Below, in pieces: positions 18,661-27,913 of a DNA stretch of 64,000 bases. The DNA is taken from positions 177,968 through 241,967 of the forward strand of contig WRLT01000002.1 of the NCBI GenBank assembly GCA_009777485.1, read 5' to 3'. The DNA is from Bacillota bacterium (GTDB taxonomy: Bacteria > Bacillota > Clostridia > Christensenellales > Pumilibacteraceae). A program made the translations under genes and the position numbers. Position 1 is the stretch's first letter; each line of letters begins with the position of its first letter. The notes beneath the pieces were generated by a model. That model had not been told where the DNA came from and made no database searches. It saw only the letters and a list, made by a program, of their open reading frames with translations.

Positions 18661-21558
18661 ATGGATATTCAATCAATAGTTAAGCAATTGACGTTGGAAG
18701 AAAAGTGTTCGATGCTTTCGGGAAAAAGCTTTTGGGAAAGCCGTGATATAGAGCGGCTGGGCGTTCCTGCTATTTTTTTGGCGGACGGACCTCACGGTAT
18801 CCGCAAGCAAGCGGGCGCGGCTGACCATTTAGGGTTAAACGAAAGCTACAAGGCAACGTGCTTTCCTACCGCCGCTACGATGGCAAACAGCTTTAACACC
18901 GAGTTGGGCGAGGAAGTTGGCAAGGCGTTGGGCGTTGAGGCGGTTTGTCAAAAGGTAAACGTATTATTAGGGCCTGGCCTTAATATTAAGCGCAACCCTC
19001 TGTGCGGCAGAAACTTTGAATATTTTTCCGAAGACCCGTATTTGGCAGGTAAGATGAGCGCGGCGTATGTTAGGGGTATTCAAGCATCGGGCATTGCTGC
19101 ATGCTTAAAGCACTACGCCGCTAACAATCAAGAACACCGCCGAATGGTAGTGGATACGATTGTAGACGAGCGGACGCTGCGCGAAATTTACCTTACCAAT
19201 TTTGAAATCGGTGTAAAAGAGGGTAAATCCAAAACGATTATGAGCGCGTACAATAAAGTAAACGGCTATTACGCAAACGAAAGCGAACATCTTTTAGCGG
19301 ACGTATTGCGCAAAGACTGGGGCTTTGACGGCGTAATCGTATCGGACTGGGGCGGTCAGAACGACCGTGTTGCCGCCGTAAAAGCGGGCATGGAGTTAGA
19401 AATGCCTTCCTCTGGCGGAGAAACTAGCAAAGAGGTTTTGGCGGCGGTTCAAAGCGGTGCGTTAGACGAAAAACTAGTGGACGAATGCGTTATTAGATTG
19501 TTAGAGTTGGTAGTAGATACCGAAAAGCCTTTCGCGGGCAGAAATCCCGACGAGGTTACTCCGTTTGATGTAGACGCGCACCACGCGCTGGCGTTAAAGG
19601 CCGCAGAGGACAGCATAGTATTATTAAAAAATGATGCAAACGCATTGCCGCTTAAATCGGGCGAAAGGGTTGCCGTAGTGGGCGACTTTGCGCGCCGTTC
19701 GCGTTTCCAAGGCGCGGGCAGCAGCGGGGTAAATCCTACTAAAATAGATGCAACGTTAGACAGCATCGGTCAGTGCGGCATAACGTATGTCGGGTTTGAG
19801 GCGGGCTTTGAGCGTTTCGGCGAAAAAAGCGGCGGGCTATTAAAAAAAGCGGTTAGCTTAGCGCAAACTGCCGACACCGTTTTGGCGTACATAGGCTTAG
19901 ACGAAAAAACCGAAACCGAAGGCGCAGACCGCAAGGATATGCGTTTGCCCCAAAATCAACGCGACTTACTTAAAGCGTTAAAAGCAACCGGCAAAAAGGT
20001 TATAGCGGTTATTGCGGCGGGCGCGGCAATCGAGGTAGATTTCGACGACGACTGCAACGCGATTTTACACGGATATTTAGGCGGCCAAGCAGGCGCGGGC
20101 GCTATGCTTAACGTGCTTACGGGCAAGGTTAGCCCTAGCGGAAAGCTTGCCGAAACGTATCCTGTTGTGTATACGGATTGCCCCTCCGCTACAAATTTCC
20201 CCGGGGTGTACCGCAACGTAGAATACCGCGAGGGTATTTTTGTGGGTTACCGCTATTACGAAACCGCAGGCGAGCGCGTAAAATATCCGTTCGGCTACGG
20301 GCTGTCGTACACAAACTTTACGTATTCGGATATAAAGATTGACGAAAAAGGCGTATCGTTTATGATAGAAAATACGGGCGATACGGCGGGCGCGGAGGCG
20401 GCACAGCTGTACATCGGGCTGAAAGACAGCAAAATTTTCCGCGCTAATAAAGAGTTAAAGGGCTTTGCCAAAGTATATTTAGAGGCGGGCGAACGCAAAA
20501 AGGCGGTAATTCCGTTTGACGAATATTCGTTCCGTTATTTCAATGTTGCGACTAATAAGTGGGAAACAGAGGCGGGCGAGTACGATATTTATGTGGGCGC
20601 GTCTAGTGCGGATATCCGTTTAAGCGGAAAAATTTCCAAAAAAGGCACTACCGATGTTTTCCCCTACGATTTAAGCAAAATGCCTTCCTACGCTTCGGGC
20701 AAAGCGGGCAACGTGAGTCCCAAGGAATTTGAACTGTTGTACGGCAAGGAAGTGCCCGATTCGCGCTATCCGTTTTATAGACCCGGCCGCCTTTGGGCAG
20801 ACCACAATACGGGCATATCCGAATTGCGCTTTGCGCGCGGATGGCTGGGGCGGTTCTTTGCGTGGGTGGCTAAAAAGTTTTTTATACTGGGTATGGACCA
20901 AATGCCTTTGCGCGGACTGGTGCGCTTTGGCGGCGCGATGTCGCACGGGCAGTTAGACGGCTTAATCAGAGTATTTAACGGCAGTCCGCGTTCGGTAATT
21001 TACAGCCCCTTAATTGTCTGTATGATAGGGTTAATTCCTTTTACTTTAGGTTTAGGCGCCATTCCGATATTGTTGCTTGCCGCGCCGTGGCTGTTGTGGG
21101 ATTTACGCAAATTTCTTAAAGAAATGAAACTGCGCGGCTTAGAAAGCAAATTAGCGAACCTAGAAAAAAACGGAAAATTTGAATTTGAAATTTGGAAGGC
21201 CGAACAGAAAATTAAACAGCTTAAAAACGTGATTCCCAAAGGCTTAGCAAAAGAACTAAGAATACTTAAAAAGCAAGACGAAAAGAAGTTTGCCGCACAA
21301 ATTGCAAAGCTAGAACAACAAATCACCGCGATAAGCAACGAAAGGAAACAAAAAAACGCACCGCTTATTGCAGCCTTAGAAAATCAAATTACCGAATGGA
21401 AAAAAACTCCCGCTACCAAAGAACAGCTTGCCGAAACACAAGCGCGTATCGATAAGGTAAAGGCTAAAATAGCTAAGATAGATGCGGGGTATGCAAAATA
21501 TAAGGCTAAGTTTGACGCAAGGGTAGAAAAGCGGGCGAAGCGCAAGGCGAAGCGCTAA
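18661..21558 (+). CDS. Glycoside hydrolase family 3 beta-glucosidase fused to a C-terminal transmembrane segment and a Lys-rich coiled-coil tail
   Basis: GH3 N-terminal domain (…SGKSFWESRDIERLGVPAIFLADGPHGIR…, catalytic region GFDGVIVSDWGG) and a GH3 C-terminal domain. From about aa 760 there are hydrophobic helices (IVCMIGLIPFTLGLGAIPILLLAAPWLL) followed by about 150 aa of K/E/A-rich heptads. Confidence 0.75.
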   Translation: MDIQSIVKQLTLEEKCSMLSGKSFWESRDIERLGVPAIFLADGPHGIRKQAGAADHLGLNESYKATCFPTAATMANSFNTELGEEVGKALGVEAVCQKVNVLLGPGLNIKRNPLCGRNFEYFSEDPYLAGKMSAAYVRGIQASGIAACLKHYAANNQEHRRMVVDTIVDERTLREIYLTNFEIGVKEGKSKTIMSAYNKVNGYYANESEHLLADVLRKDWGFDGVIVSDWGGQNDRVAAVKAGMELEMPSSGGETSKEVLAAVQSGALDEKLVDECVIRLLELVVDTEKPFAGRNPDEVTPFDVDAHHALALKAAEDSIVLLKNDANALPLKSGERVAVVGDFARRSRFQGAGSSGVNPTKIDATLDSIGQCGITYVGFEAGFERFGEKSGGLLKKAVSLAQTADTVLAYIGLDEKTETEGADRKDMRLPQNQRDLLKALKATGKKVIAVIAAGAAIEVDFDDDCNAILHGYLGGQAGAGAMLNVLTGKVSPSGKLAETYPVVYTDCPSATNFPGVYRNVEYREGIFVGYRYYETAGERVKYPFGYGLSYTNFTYSDIKIDEKGVSFMIENTGDTAGAEAAQLYIGLKDSKIFRANKELKGFAKVYLEAGERKKAVIPFDEYSFRYFNVATNKWETEAGEYDIYVGASSADIRLSGKISKKGTTDVFPYDLSKMPSYASGKAGNVSPKEFELLYGKEVPDSRYPFYRPGRLWADHNTGISELRFARGWLGRFFAWVAKKFFILGMDQMPLRGLVRFGGAMSHGQLDGLIRVFNGSPRSVIYSPLIVCMIGLIPFTLGLGAIPILLLAAPWLLWDLRKFLKEMKLRGLESKLANLEKNGKFEFEIWKAEQKIKQLKNVIPKGLAKELRILKKQDEKKFAAQIAKLEQQITAISNERKQKNAPLIAALENQITEWKKTPATKEQLAETQARIDKVKAKIAKIDAGYAKYKAKFDARVEKRAKRKAKR

Positions 21559-21674
21559 GGCGCGCGTGATTCGCGCTACGCTTGCCTTACTGCCTCAGTC
21601 GCGTACATCTAGGTACAGCTGCCTTTGGCAGTAAGTCAACTGTTGCGCGACTGACGCACACCTTAGCACTTCGC
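21547..21674 (+). repeat. Structured intergenic element, copy A (variant 1), immediately after the GH3 gene stop
   Basis: Conserved blocks TACGCTTGC, GTACATCTAGGTAC and TCAACTGTTG. Internal paired segments are CTTACTGCC/GGCAGTAAG and TCAGTCGCG/CGCGACTGA. The outer inverted repeat is GCGAAGCGCTAAGG (the last 3 codons plus the TAA stop) against CCTTAGCACTTCGC. Confidence 0.7.
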
Positions 21675-21732
21675 GGCTTGTCGGGGCGCATAGCAAAAAA
21701 ATCAAAAACATAAAAAAAGGAGAGATAAACAA

Positions 21733-22902
21733 ATGTCGGAAGAAAACATTGCCGCAGAGGAAGAAAGCGGCAAACTGGCGGAAGAGCCTGTGGAACTGTT
21801 AGGTGAGGAGCGGATTAAACAACAGATTAAGCCGCTTAGCGAAAACGGTTTTGTGCGGTTTTTTCAAAAAATTTGGCGCGGCTATTTAACAGCGTGGCAC
21901 AGCTTTGCGGATAAACACCCCAAAGCCGCTAAGTGGATTTATATGCTGGCGTTCTTTATTTTGTTCAGTCAAGCCGTAACGGTGTTTCAGTTTTTAGTTT
22001 TTTACTTAGGACCGGCTATGACGCCCGGCTTATCAGGAAGCAACTGGGGCTGGCCCAACATACTAATGGGTACGAGCAGCGTAAATGGCGAAAACGTGTA
22101 TTTCCGCATTTTAGGCGCGGCGCCCAGATTTAATGAAGACGGTTCTTTGATAGAAAGAGTAGGCGCGGGCGGATTGTCGTATTTTATTTGGTTTATGGTA
22201 GGAACGTTTTTAGCGCAGTGTATCAACTTCCCTCTGCAACGCAACATTACGTTCCGCAGTAAAGGCAATGTGTGGTATCAATTAATGTGGTACTTTATCG
22301 GTTGGGTTTTAATTCAACCCGCTACAATGGCGTTAGGCAGCGCGTGGGAGGGCTTAGTAGCCATCCATTTAGGCGCGTGGCCGGGCATTGTAATAACCCT
22401 GCTTAATACGCTGATTATGGGCGGCGTTTCGATGGCAATCTTCTTCTGCATTTTCTTAGTAATTTTCCCCGATTTCAACAAGGTGGCAAAATCGCTGCGC
22501 AAGAAAGTAGACGCTATGAAGGCCGCAGGCGTATCGGGTATCAAGCTGGAAATGGCAGAGAAAAAGCTTGCGGACGCAGAGGTTAAGGCTAAGTTTTCGG
22601 TTACGGATAAGGCGGCGCGTAAAGCGTCGGCACAGGCTAGCGCAAAGGCTATGTCGTACTTTAAAACCGTTAAAGACGCCGAAAAAGCCACAGCGGCTGC
22701 GGCAAGTGCGCAAGGCGCAAAGCAAGAAAAAGCGGCGGCTAAGCAAACTAAACTGCAAGATTTAATTCCTGTCCGTTTAGAAAACGTTTCTAAAATGGTT
22801 GCGGTTAAGGATAAGGCGGCGGCGGAGTTTGCCGAAGCCAAAGCCGAATATGACGCGCATTTTGGTTTAAACAACGGCGGCGAAGAAAAAGCGGCTGCCT
22901 AA
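21733..22902 (+). CDS. Membrane protein, possibly GtrA-like, with an Ala/Lys-rich C-terminal tail
   Basis: It has a leading amphipathic segment and multiple TM helices. The C-terminal 130 aa are A/K/E-rich. The domain call is tentative. Confidence 0.4.
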   Translation: MSEENIAAEEESGKLAEEPVELLGEERIKQQIKPLSENGFVRFFQKIWRGYLTAWHSFADKHPKAAKWIYMLAFFILFSQAVTVFQFLVFYLGPAMTPGLSGSNWGWPNILMGTSSVNGENVYFRILGAAPRFNEDGSLIERVGAGGLSYFIWFMVGTFLAQCINFPLQRNITFRSKGNVWYQLMWYFIGWVLIQPATMALGSAWEGLVAIHLGAWPGIVITLLNTLIMGGVSMAIFFCIFLVIFPDFNKVAKSLRKKVDAMKAAGVSGIKLEMAEKKLADAEVKAKFSVTDKAARKASAQASAKAMSYFKTVKDAEKATAAAASAQGAKQEKAAAKQTKLQDLIPVRLENVSKMVAVKDKAAAEFAEAKAEYDAHFGLNNGGEEKAAA

Positions 22903-22906
22903 ACAA

Positions 22907-23368
22907 ATGACGCATCTATACTTTTACGATTTTCCGATAGGGCGGCTAGGAATTGCCGAAACCGCAGAAAAAATCAGCCATGTATCGTATGGGTTAAAAT
23001 TGCCCGCGCAGTACGAAAAGGCTGAAACCCCGCTTATCCGTCAAACGGCACAGCAGTTGACAGAATATTTTAACGGCGAACGGCAAGAATTTAGCGTACC
23101 GCTATGTGCGCAAGGCACGCCGTTTCAGCAATCCGTATGGAAAAGCTTAACGCAAATCCCGTACGGAAAAACCGTATCGTATCAAGACATTGCGCGTGCG
23201 GCGGGCAACCCTAACGCCTGCCGTGCCGCAGGGCTTGCCAACAACCGCAACCCCATAGCTATTTTAATTCCGTGCCACAGGGTAATCGGAAAAAGCGGCT
23301 GCCTTACGGGGTATGCGGGCGGCTTAGATAAAAAGCAGTTTTTGCTTGATTTAGAAAAGTCTTTTTAG
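22907..23368 (+). CDS. ogt: Methylated-DNA--protein-cysteine methyltransferase
   Basis: Active site PCHRVIG and the typical C-terminal domain. Confidence 0.85.
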   Translation: MTHLYFYDFPIGRLGIAETAEKISHVSYGLKLPAQYEKAETPLIRQTAQQLTEYFNGERQEFSVPLCAQGTPFQQSVWKSLTQIPYGKTVSYQDIARAAGNPNACRAAGLANNRNPIAILIPCHRVIGKSGCLTGYAGGLDKKQFLLDLEKSF

Positions 23369-23387
23369 TGTTCGGGAGGCAGTTGTT

Positions 23388-24722
23388 ATGAAAAAAAGAA
23401 TCGTTTCCGCCGTATTAGTAATTTTATCGGTTGCTTTTATTTTTCCCGCCTTTGCAGGCTGCGGCGCGGCGTCGCTAAGCGAGTACAAAATTGTGTATTC
23501 GATGAATGCAACGGGCTTAGAAAAGCACGCCGCCGAATTTTTATCCGATTATATTTTCGAAACATCGGGTATTCGGTTGGAGGTAAGCAACGACGCGGGC
23601 CCTGTTGCGGCCAAAGAAATTGTAATCGGGCAAACCAACCGCGCAGTTTCGGATAATGCGGCAAAATTGACGTACGGCAAAAACGATGTACTGGTGCGGC
23701 GCGACGGCAGACACATTGTGCTGTACGGCAACGATTTAATGATAGCGGGCGCGGTGGGTACGTTTGCCTCTCAGCACGTTACGGATGAGGGCGCGTTTAA
23801 GGGCGTTTCAAGCCGCGCGCGAACTACTCAGTATCAGCAGGTTGCCGCTAAAAACATCGTTTTACTGATAGGCGACGGCATGGGCTTTAACCATATCGAG
23901 TTGGCAAAAACCAGTGCCAGCACCTTTAAATTTTTTGGCGAAATGCTGCCTAATCACGGCGAGATGGAAACTGAATCATTAGGGCTGCCCAACAATCCCT
24001 CTTATCCTCCGTGCAGTGCGTCTAACGGAACGGCTATTGCTACGGGTACTATTACGTATGCAAACTATGTAGGCGTAGATAAAGACGGAAACAGTGTAAA
24101 AAACATTACCGAAATCGCGTCTGAAAACGGCTATCAAACGGCTATTGTTACTACCGACATAGACGCAGGCGCAACGCCCGCATCGTTTTCGGCGCATATA
24201 AATAACCGCAACAACTATACCGAAATCAGAGCGCAGCAGGAGGGGGCAAAGCGGGCGGGTACGCTTAACTATTTAAAGGGGACGGGGTCAAACCCTAATC
24301 AAGCGGGTACGCCTAACGGCGGCGCCATGCAAGAATACGTGGTAGAGGCACTTTGGCAAATTCGCGGAGAGCAAGGCTTTTTTATTATGATAGAGGATGA
24401 CGATATAGACAACTGGTCGCATCAAGGCAATTCTTTGCGCATTCCTAACGTAATCAACGCGGTACGGCGGTTTAACGAGGCGGTTGCTTATGCGGTATGC
24501 TTTGCGCTGGCGCATCCCGGCACGGCGATAATTGTTACGGCAGACCACGAAACAGGCGGCTTAACGCGTAATGCAAACGGTCAGTTTAATTTTACCTCTG
24601 TAATTCATTCCTTTGCAAATGTCCCGATTTTTGCCTTCGGCGCGGGCAGCGAAATTTTTAACGAACAGACGCATCATTTGACTAAGATATTTGACTATAT
24701 GAACGGTGTTATAACTAGTTAA
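23388..24722 (+). CDS. Alkaline-phosphatase-family lipoprotein
   Basis: Lipobox FAGC. The metal-site motif is IVLLIGDGMGFNH. The C-terminal motif is VTADHETGG. Confidence 0.65.
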   Translation: MKKRIVSAVLVILSVAFIFPAFAGCGAASLSEYKIVYSMNATGLEKHAAEFLSDYIFETSGIRLEVSNDAGPVAAKEIVIGQTNRAVSDNAAKLTYGKNDVLVRRDGRHIVLYGNDLMIAGAVGTFASQHVTDEGAFKGVSSRARTTQYQQVAAKNIVLLIGDGMGFNHIELAKTSASTFKFFGEMLPNHGEMETESLGLPNNPSYPPCSASNGTAIATGTITYANYVGVDKDGNSVKNITEIASENGYQTAIVTTDIDAGATPASFSAHINNRNNYTEIRAQQEGAKRAGTLNYLKGTGSNPNQAGTPNGGAMQEYVVEALWQIRGEQGFFIMIEDDDIDNWSHQGNSLRIPNVINAVRRFNEAVAYAVCFALAHPGTAIIVTADHETGGLTRNANGQFNFTSVIHSFANVPIFAFGAGSEIFNEQTHHLTKIFDYMNGVITS

Positions 24723-24837
24723 AATGCACGTGATCCGCGCTACGCTTGTCTTTGTTTGCGCGCTTGCGTACATCTAGGTACGCGGCACGCGCAAAAAAGA
24801 CAACTGTTGCACGGCTGACGCACATTTTAACTAGTTA
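24711..24837 (+). repeat. Structured intergenic element, copy B (variant 2), overlapping the alkaline-phosphatase stop
   Basis: Blocks TACGCTTG, GCGTACATCTAGGTACGC and AACTGTTG. The inner stem is GTCTTTGTTTGCGCG/CGCGCAAAAAAGAC. The outer inverted repeat is ATAACTAGTTAAAATGCACGT against ACGCACATTTTAACTAGTTAT, 21 bp with 2 mismatches, and it includes the last codons and the TAA stop. Confidence 0.7.
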
Positions 24838-24854
24838 TACAGCAAGAGGACGGC

Positions 24855-25973
24855 ATGAAAAGCACATCTAAAAAATATGATTATGTAATTGTCGGCGCGG
24901 GGCTTTTTGGCAGCGTGTTTGCGCGCGAGGCGGTGGACAAGGGCAAGCGCGTTTTGGTAATAGACAAGCGTTTGCGCACGGGCGGCAACTGTGCGTCGGA
25001 AATGCGCGACAATATAGACGTGCATCTATACGGCGCGCATATTTTTCATACCGATTACGAGGACGTGTGGGCGTATGTAAACCGCTTTACGCGCTTTAAC
25101 AATTTTATCAATTCGCCCGTTGCTAATTTTAAGGGCAAGCTGTACAACCTGCCCTTTAACATGAATACCTTTTACGCCTTATGGGGGGTAACCACGCCGC
25201 AGGAGGCGCACAGCAAGCTAACGGCGCAGCGTGCCGCCTATGCACATATCACAGACCCCAAAAACCTAGAAGAAAAGGCCTTAACGCTTGCGGGCAGCGA
25301 TGTGTACGAAACTTTAATAAAGGGCTATACCGAAAAGCAGTGGGGCAGAAAAGCAACCGAATTGCCGCCGTTTATTATTTCGCGTCTGCCGTTTCGTCTT
25401 ACATTTGACAACAATTATTTTACCGACCGATTCCAGGGCATTCCGCAAGACGGCTATGCGGCTTTTTTTAACCGCCTGTTAGACGGCATAGAGATTAAGC
25501 TGAATACCGACTTTTTTGCCGATAGAAAGCCGCTAGGGCAACTGGCGGATAATCTTATTTTTACGGGGCGCGTAGACGAATACTTTGATTTCCGTTTAGG
25601 CGCGCTGGAATACCGTTCGCTGAACTTTGTTACCGAAACGCTTGCGTTAGAAAACTTTCAAGGCGTTGCCGTAGTGAATTACACCGATGCCGAAACGCCC
25701 TATACGCGCGTGATTGAGCATAAGCATTTCCGCGCGGACGCTAAAAGCGCGCAAACAGTAGTTACCAAAGAATACCCCGCCGAATTTGTTAGCGGAGCAG
25801 AGCCGTATTATGTAATTAACGACTCCAAAAACAACGCGCTGTACGCCGAATATAAAAAGCTGGCAGACGCCGAAAAGGGCGTGTTGTTTGGCGGGCGTTT
25901 GGCAGAATACCGCTACTACGATATGGACGATGTAATTTTATCCGCCTTACAGGAGGCTAAAAAAATACGGTGA
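24855..25973 (+). CDS. glf: UDP-galactopyranose mutase
   Basis: FAD motif YDYVIVGAGLFGSVFA. It shows extensive similarity to Glf (…YGAHIFHT…, …IKGYTEKQWGR…, …GALEYRSL…, …GGRLAEYRYYDMDDVI…). Confidence 0.9.
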   Translation: MKSTSKKYDYVIVGAGLFGSVFAREAVDKGKRVLVIDKRLRTGGNCASEMRDNIDVHLYGAHIFHTDYEDVWAYVNRFTRFNNFINSPVANFKGKLYNLPFNMNTFYALWGVTTPQEAHSKLTAQRAAYAHITDPKNLEEKALTLAGSDVYETLIKGYTEKQWGRKATELPPFIISRLPFRLTFDNNYFTDRFQGIPQDGYAAFFNRLLDGIEIKLNTDFFADRKPLGQLADNLIFTGRVDEYFDFRLGALEYRSLNFVTETLALENFQGVAVVNYTDAETPYTRVIEHKHFRADAKSAQTVVTKEYPAEFVSGAEPYYVINDSKNNALYAEYKKLADAEKGVLFGGRLAEYRYYDMDDVILSALQEAKKIR

Positions 25974-26024
25974 ACCGCGCTGGCGCAAACTGTTGCACGG
26001 CTGACCGCATTTTTTTAGCCTCCT
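25951..26024 (+). repeat. Structured intergenic element, copy C. It is a truncated derivative that keeps AACTGTTG-CACGGCTGAC but lacks the first two blocks.
   Basis: The outer inverted repeat is AGGAGGCTAAAAAAATACGG (the glf C-terminal codons, with the TGA stop immediately after) against CCGCATTTTTTTAGCCTCCT. The core GAACCGCGC…AAACTGTTGCACGGCTGAC matches the ends of copy B. Confidence 0.55.
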
Positions 26025-26067
26025 GCGGGGGGGTTGAATTAAAATAATTTTAAAGGAGTAAGTTTTT

Positions 26068-26487
26068 ATGAAAAAAATGGTTAAATGGTTGTTGCCTTGC
26101 ATGCTGATTATGGCGGTTGCCGCATTAGCCGCTTGCGGGCCGTCCACGCCCGAAAAGGCGTATGACAAACTCAAAGCCGACATTGCGGCGGCGGGCTATA
26201 CCGTTACCGAATTTACCGCCGAACAAATCGAAGCGGCTAATTTTCCTGTCAAGGCGGATTCGGGCTTTAAAGCGGTTAAAGACGGGGAAACCTTTGTGTT
26301 AATTTTCTTTAACGACAGCTTAGAAGGCAAAACTTTGGATTTATCCGGCGGCTTTGCCTCACTTGGCGCAAACGGAGGATATGCGGGAAGCCACGGAAGG
26401 TTTGCTTATAGCAGTTCTACCCCCGACGAGGTCGAAGCGGGAAGAATTTTCAGCAAAATCATTAACAAAAACAACAGCGGTCAATAA
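26068..26487 (+). CDS. Small lipoprotein
   Basis: Signal peptide with lipobox LAAC (MKKMVKWLLPCMLIMAVAALAACG). Confidence 0.55.
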   Translation: MKKMVKWLLPCMLIMAVAALAACGPSTPEKAYDKLKADIAAAGYTVTEFTAEQIEAANFPVKADSGFKAVKDGETFVLIFFNDSLEGKTLDLSGGFASLGANGGYAGSHGRFAYSSSTPDEVEAGRIFSKIINKNNSGQ

Positions 26488-27092
26488 GCCGTTTTGCTTA
26501 CGCTTAATAGCTGCATAAACTTTTTTTTGTAGATGTCCTTAATAATAAAACCGTTTTCTGTTGCAAGCCGTTTTAGTTTTTTGTGTGTAAATAATTTATT
26601 ATCGCCCGCCTTTAAAAGCGGCGATATAATGTAATCAATAAAGGGTTTTAGCAAAAAGAATTTGGGTTCGCCTATAATAAGCGTACCGTTTGGCTTTAAT
26701 ATTCGATGCGCTTGTGTAAAAAAGCTTTGCGGATTGTTTAGGTGGTGTAATACGCAGCAAATAATTACGGTATCAAAATAGTTGTCCTCAAAGGGGATTT
26801 GTTCGCCGTTTGAAACTTTAAAATCAATGCCGTCATACCGCTTGCGGCATTCGGCAATCATCTGCGGCGATATATCAATTCCGTATGCGTGTATGTCTGC
26901 TTTTTGTTTTAGCGCATATATCAAGCTGCCGTTGCCGCACCCGACATCAAGCACCCTGTCGCCGTCGTTTAGCAAAACGGTATCTAGTATTTTTTGCTTG
27001 AATTTCGCTGTAAATTTTCCGTCAAAAGAGTTGTCGTAATCGCTTGCGATACGGTTGTACTTTTGTATGGATTGAAGTTCGTGTTTGTTCAT
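26481..27092 (-). CDS. Class I SAM-dependent methyltransferase
   Basis: AdoMet motif VLDVGCGNG and the Methyltransf_11-like region DTVIICCVLHHL. Confidence 0.75.
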   Translation of the reverse strand: MNKHELQSIQKYNRIASDYDNSFDGKFTAKFKQKILDTVLLNDGDRVLDVGCGNGSLIYALKQKADIHAYGIDISPQMIAECRKRYDGIDFKVSNGEQIPFEDNYFDTVIICCVLHHLNNPQSFFTQAHRILKPNGTLIIGEPKFFLLKPFIDYIISPLLKAGDNKLFTHKKLKRLATENGFIIKDIYKKKFMQLLSVSKTAY

Positions 27093-27093
27093 T

Positions 27094-27810
27094 TTATTTT
27101 CCCTTTTTTCTCATGCGCCGTACATTTCTGTTCATGGAGTGCCGCACAAAGTTGCGGAACATAAAGGTTTTAAAAGGTTTTGTGTTTTGTTTGTGCTTTA
27201 AAAACAATTCGTCCGGGGTGTCAAAAATGCCTAAGTCTTGCGTGATAGCGTCTTTTTGTATATAGGTGTCGTTTTCGTTCCATTCAATCGGCGGATTTTG
27301 TAAATCGGGTGTTGCCGCCGCATACGCATAAAACGGGCACTTGTAATCTTTAAACTTATTTTGCAATTGCGTAAGATAGGGTACATCTAAAATAAAGCCC
27401 TCTAAATTTAACCATTTTTCTTTATAAAAAATTTCAACCCATGAGTGCAGAATTTCTTTGGGTGCTTGCTGATAAAAAAAGCCTTTAATTGCCCCTTTCT
27501 GCATTTCTTTATCTACCATAAAACCGTGAATACGGCACGGAATACCCGTTGCGCGCAATAAGGCCATTAGCAAGATGCCTTTTGTGTTGCACTGCCCGTA
27601 GCCGTCCTTTAACACCTTTGAGGCTTTAATACGGTCGCTGATATTATAGCCAAAAGCAATCTCATCGCGCACAAAATTATAAACGGCGCGTATGCGTTCG
27701 GTATCGTTTAATTGTTTCCATCCTTTATTTTGGATTAAAGAAACAATTTTTTGGTGGGTGTAATTTAACAGCGGGGTAGCAATCTTTAAGTTTTCTAGTA
27801 AGCTTTCCAT
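27094..27810 (-). CDS. Transglutaminase-like cysteine protease superfamily protein
   Basis: Catalytic Cys region GYGQCNTKGILLMALLRATGIPCRIHGF. Confidence 0.55.
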   Translation of the reverse strand: MESLLENLKIATPLLNYTHQKIVSLIQNKGWKQLNDTERIRAVYNFVRDEIAFGYNISDRIKASKVLKDGYGQCNTKGILLMALLRATGIPCRIHGFMVDKEMQKGAIKGFFYQQAPKEILHSWVEIFYKEKWLNLEGFILDVPYLTQLQNKFKDYKCPFYAYAAATPDLQNPPIEWNENDTYIQKDAITQDLGIFDTPDELFLKHKQNTKPFKTFMFRNFVRHSMNRNVRRMRKKGK

Positions 27811-27913
27811 ACATAAAGTATACCATTTTTTACGCGCACAGTCAAAAAAAGCAGTATATTTTACATACTACTTTTAGTTGTATTTAGGCAAAGGCAAGCC
27901 AAATTGTTTTCAA

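Noticed and set aside
22314-22874. Minus-strand ORFs of 186 and 100 aa, plus a 65-aa + ORF, inside 21733..22902
   Set aside because: They lie antisense or out of frame within the Ala/Lys-rich tail of a well-supported + gene. Low-complexity GC-rich sequence keeps the alternative frames open.
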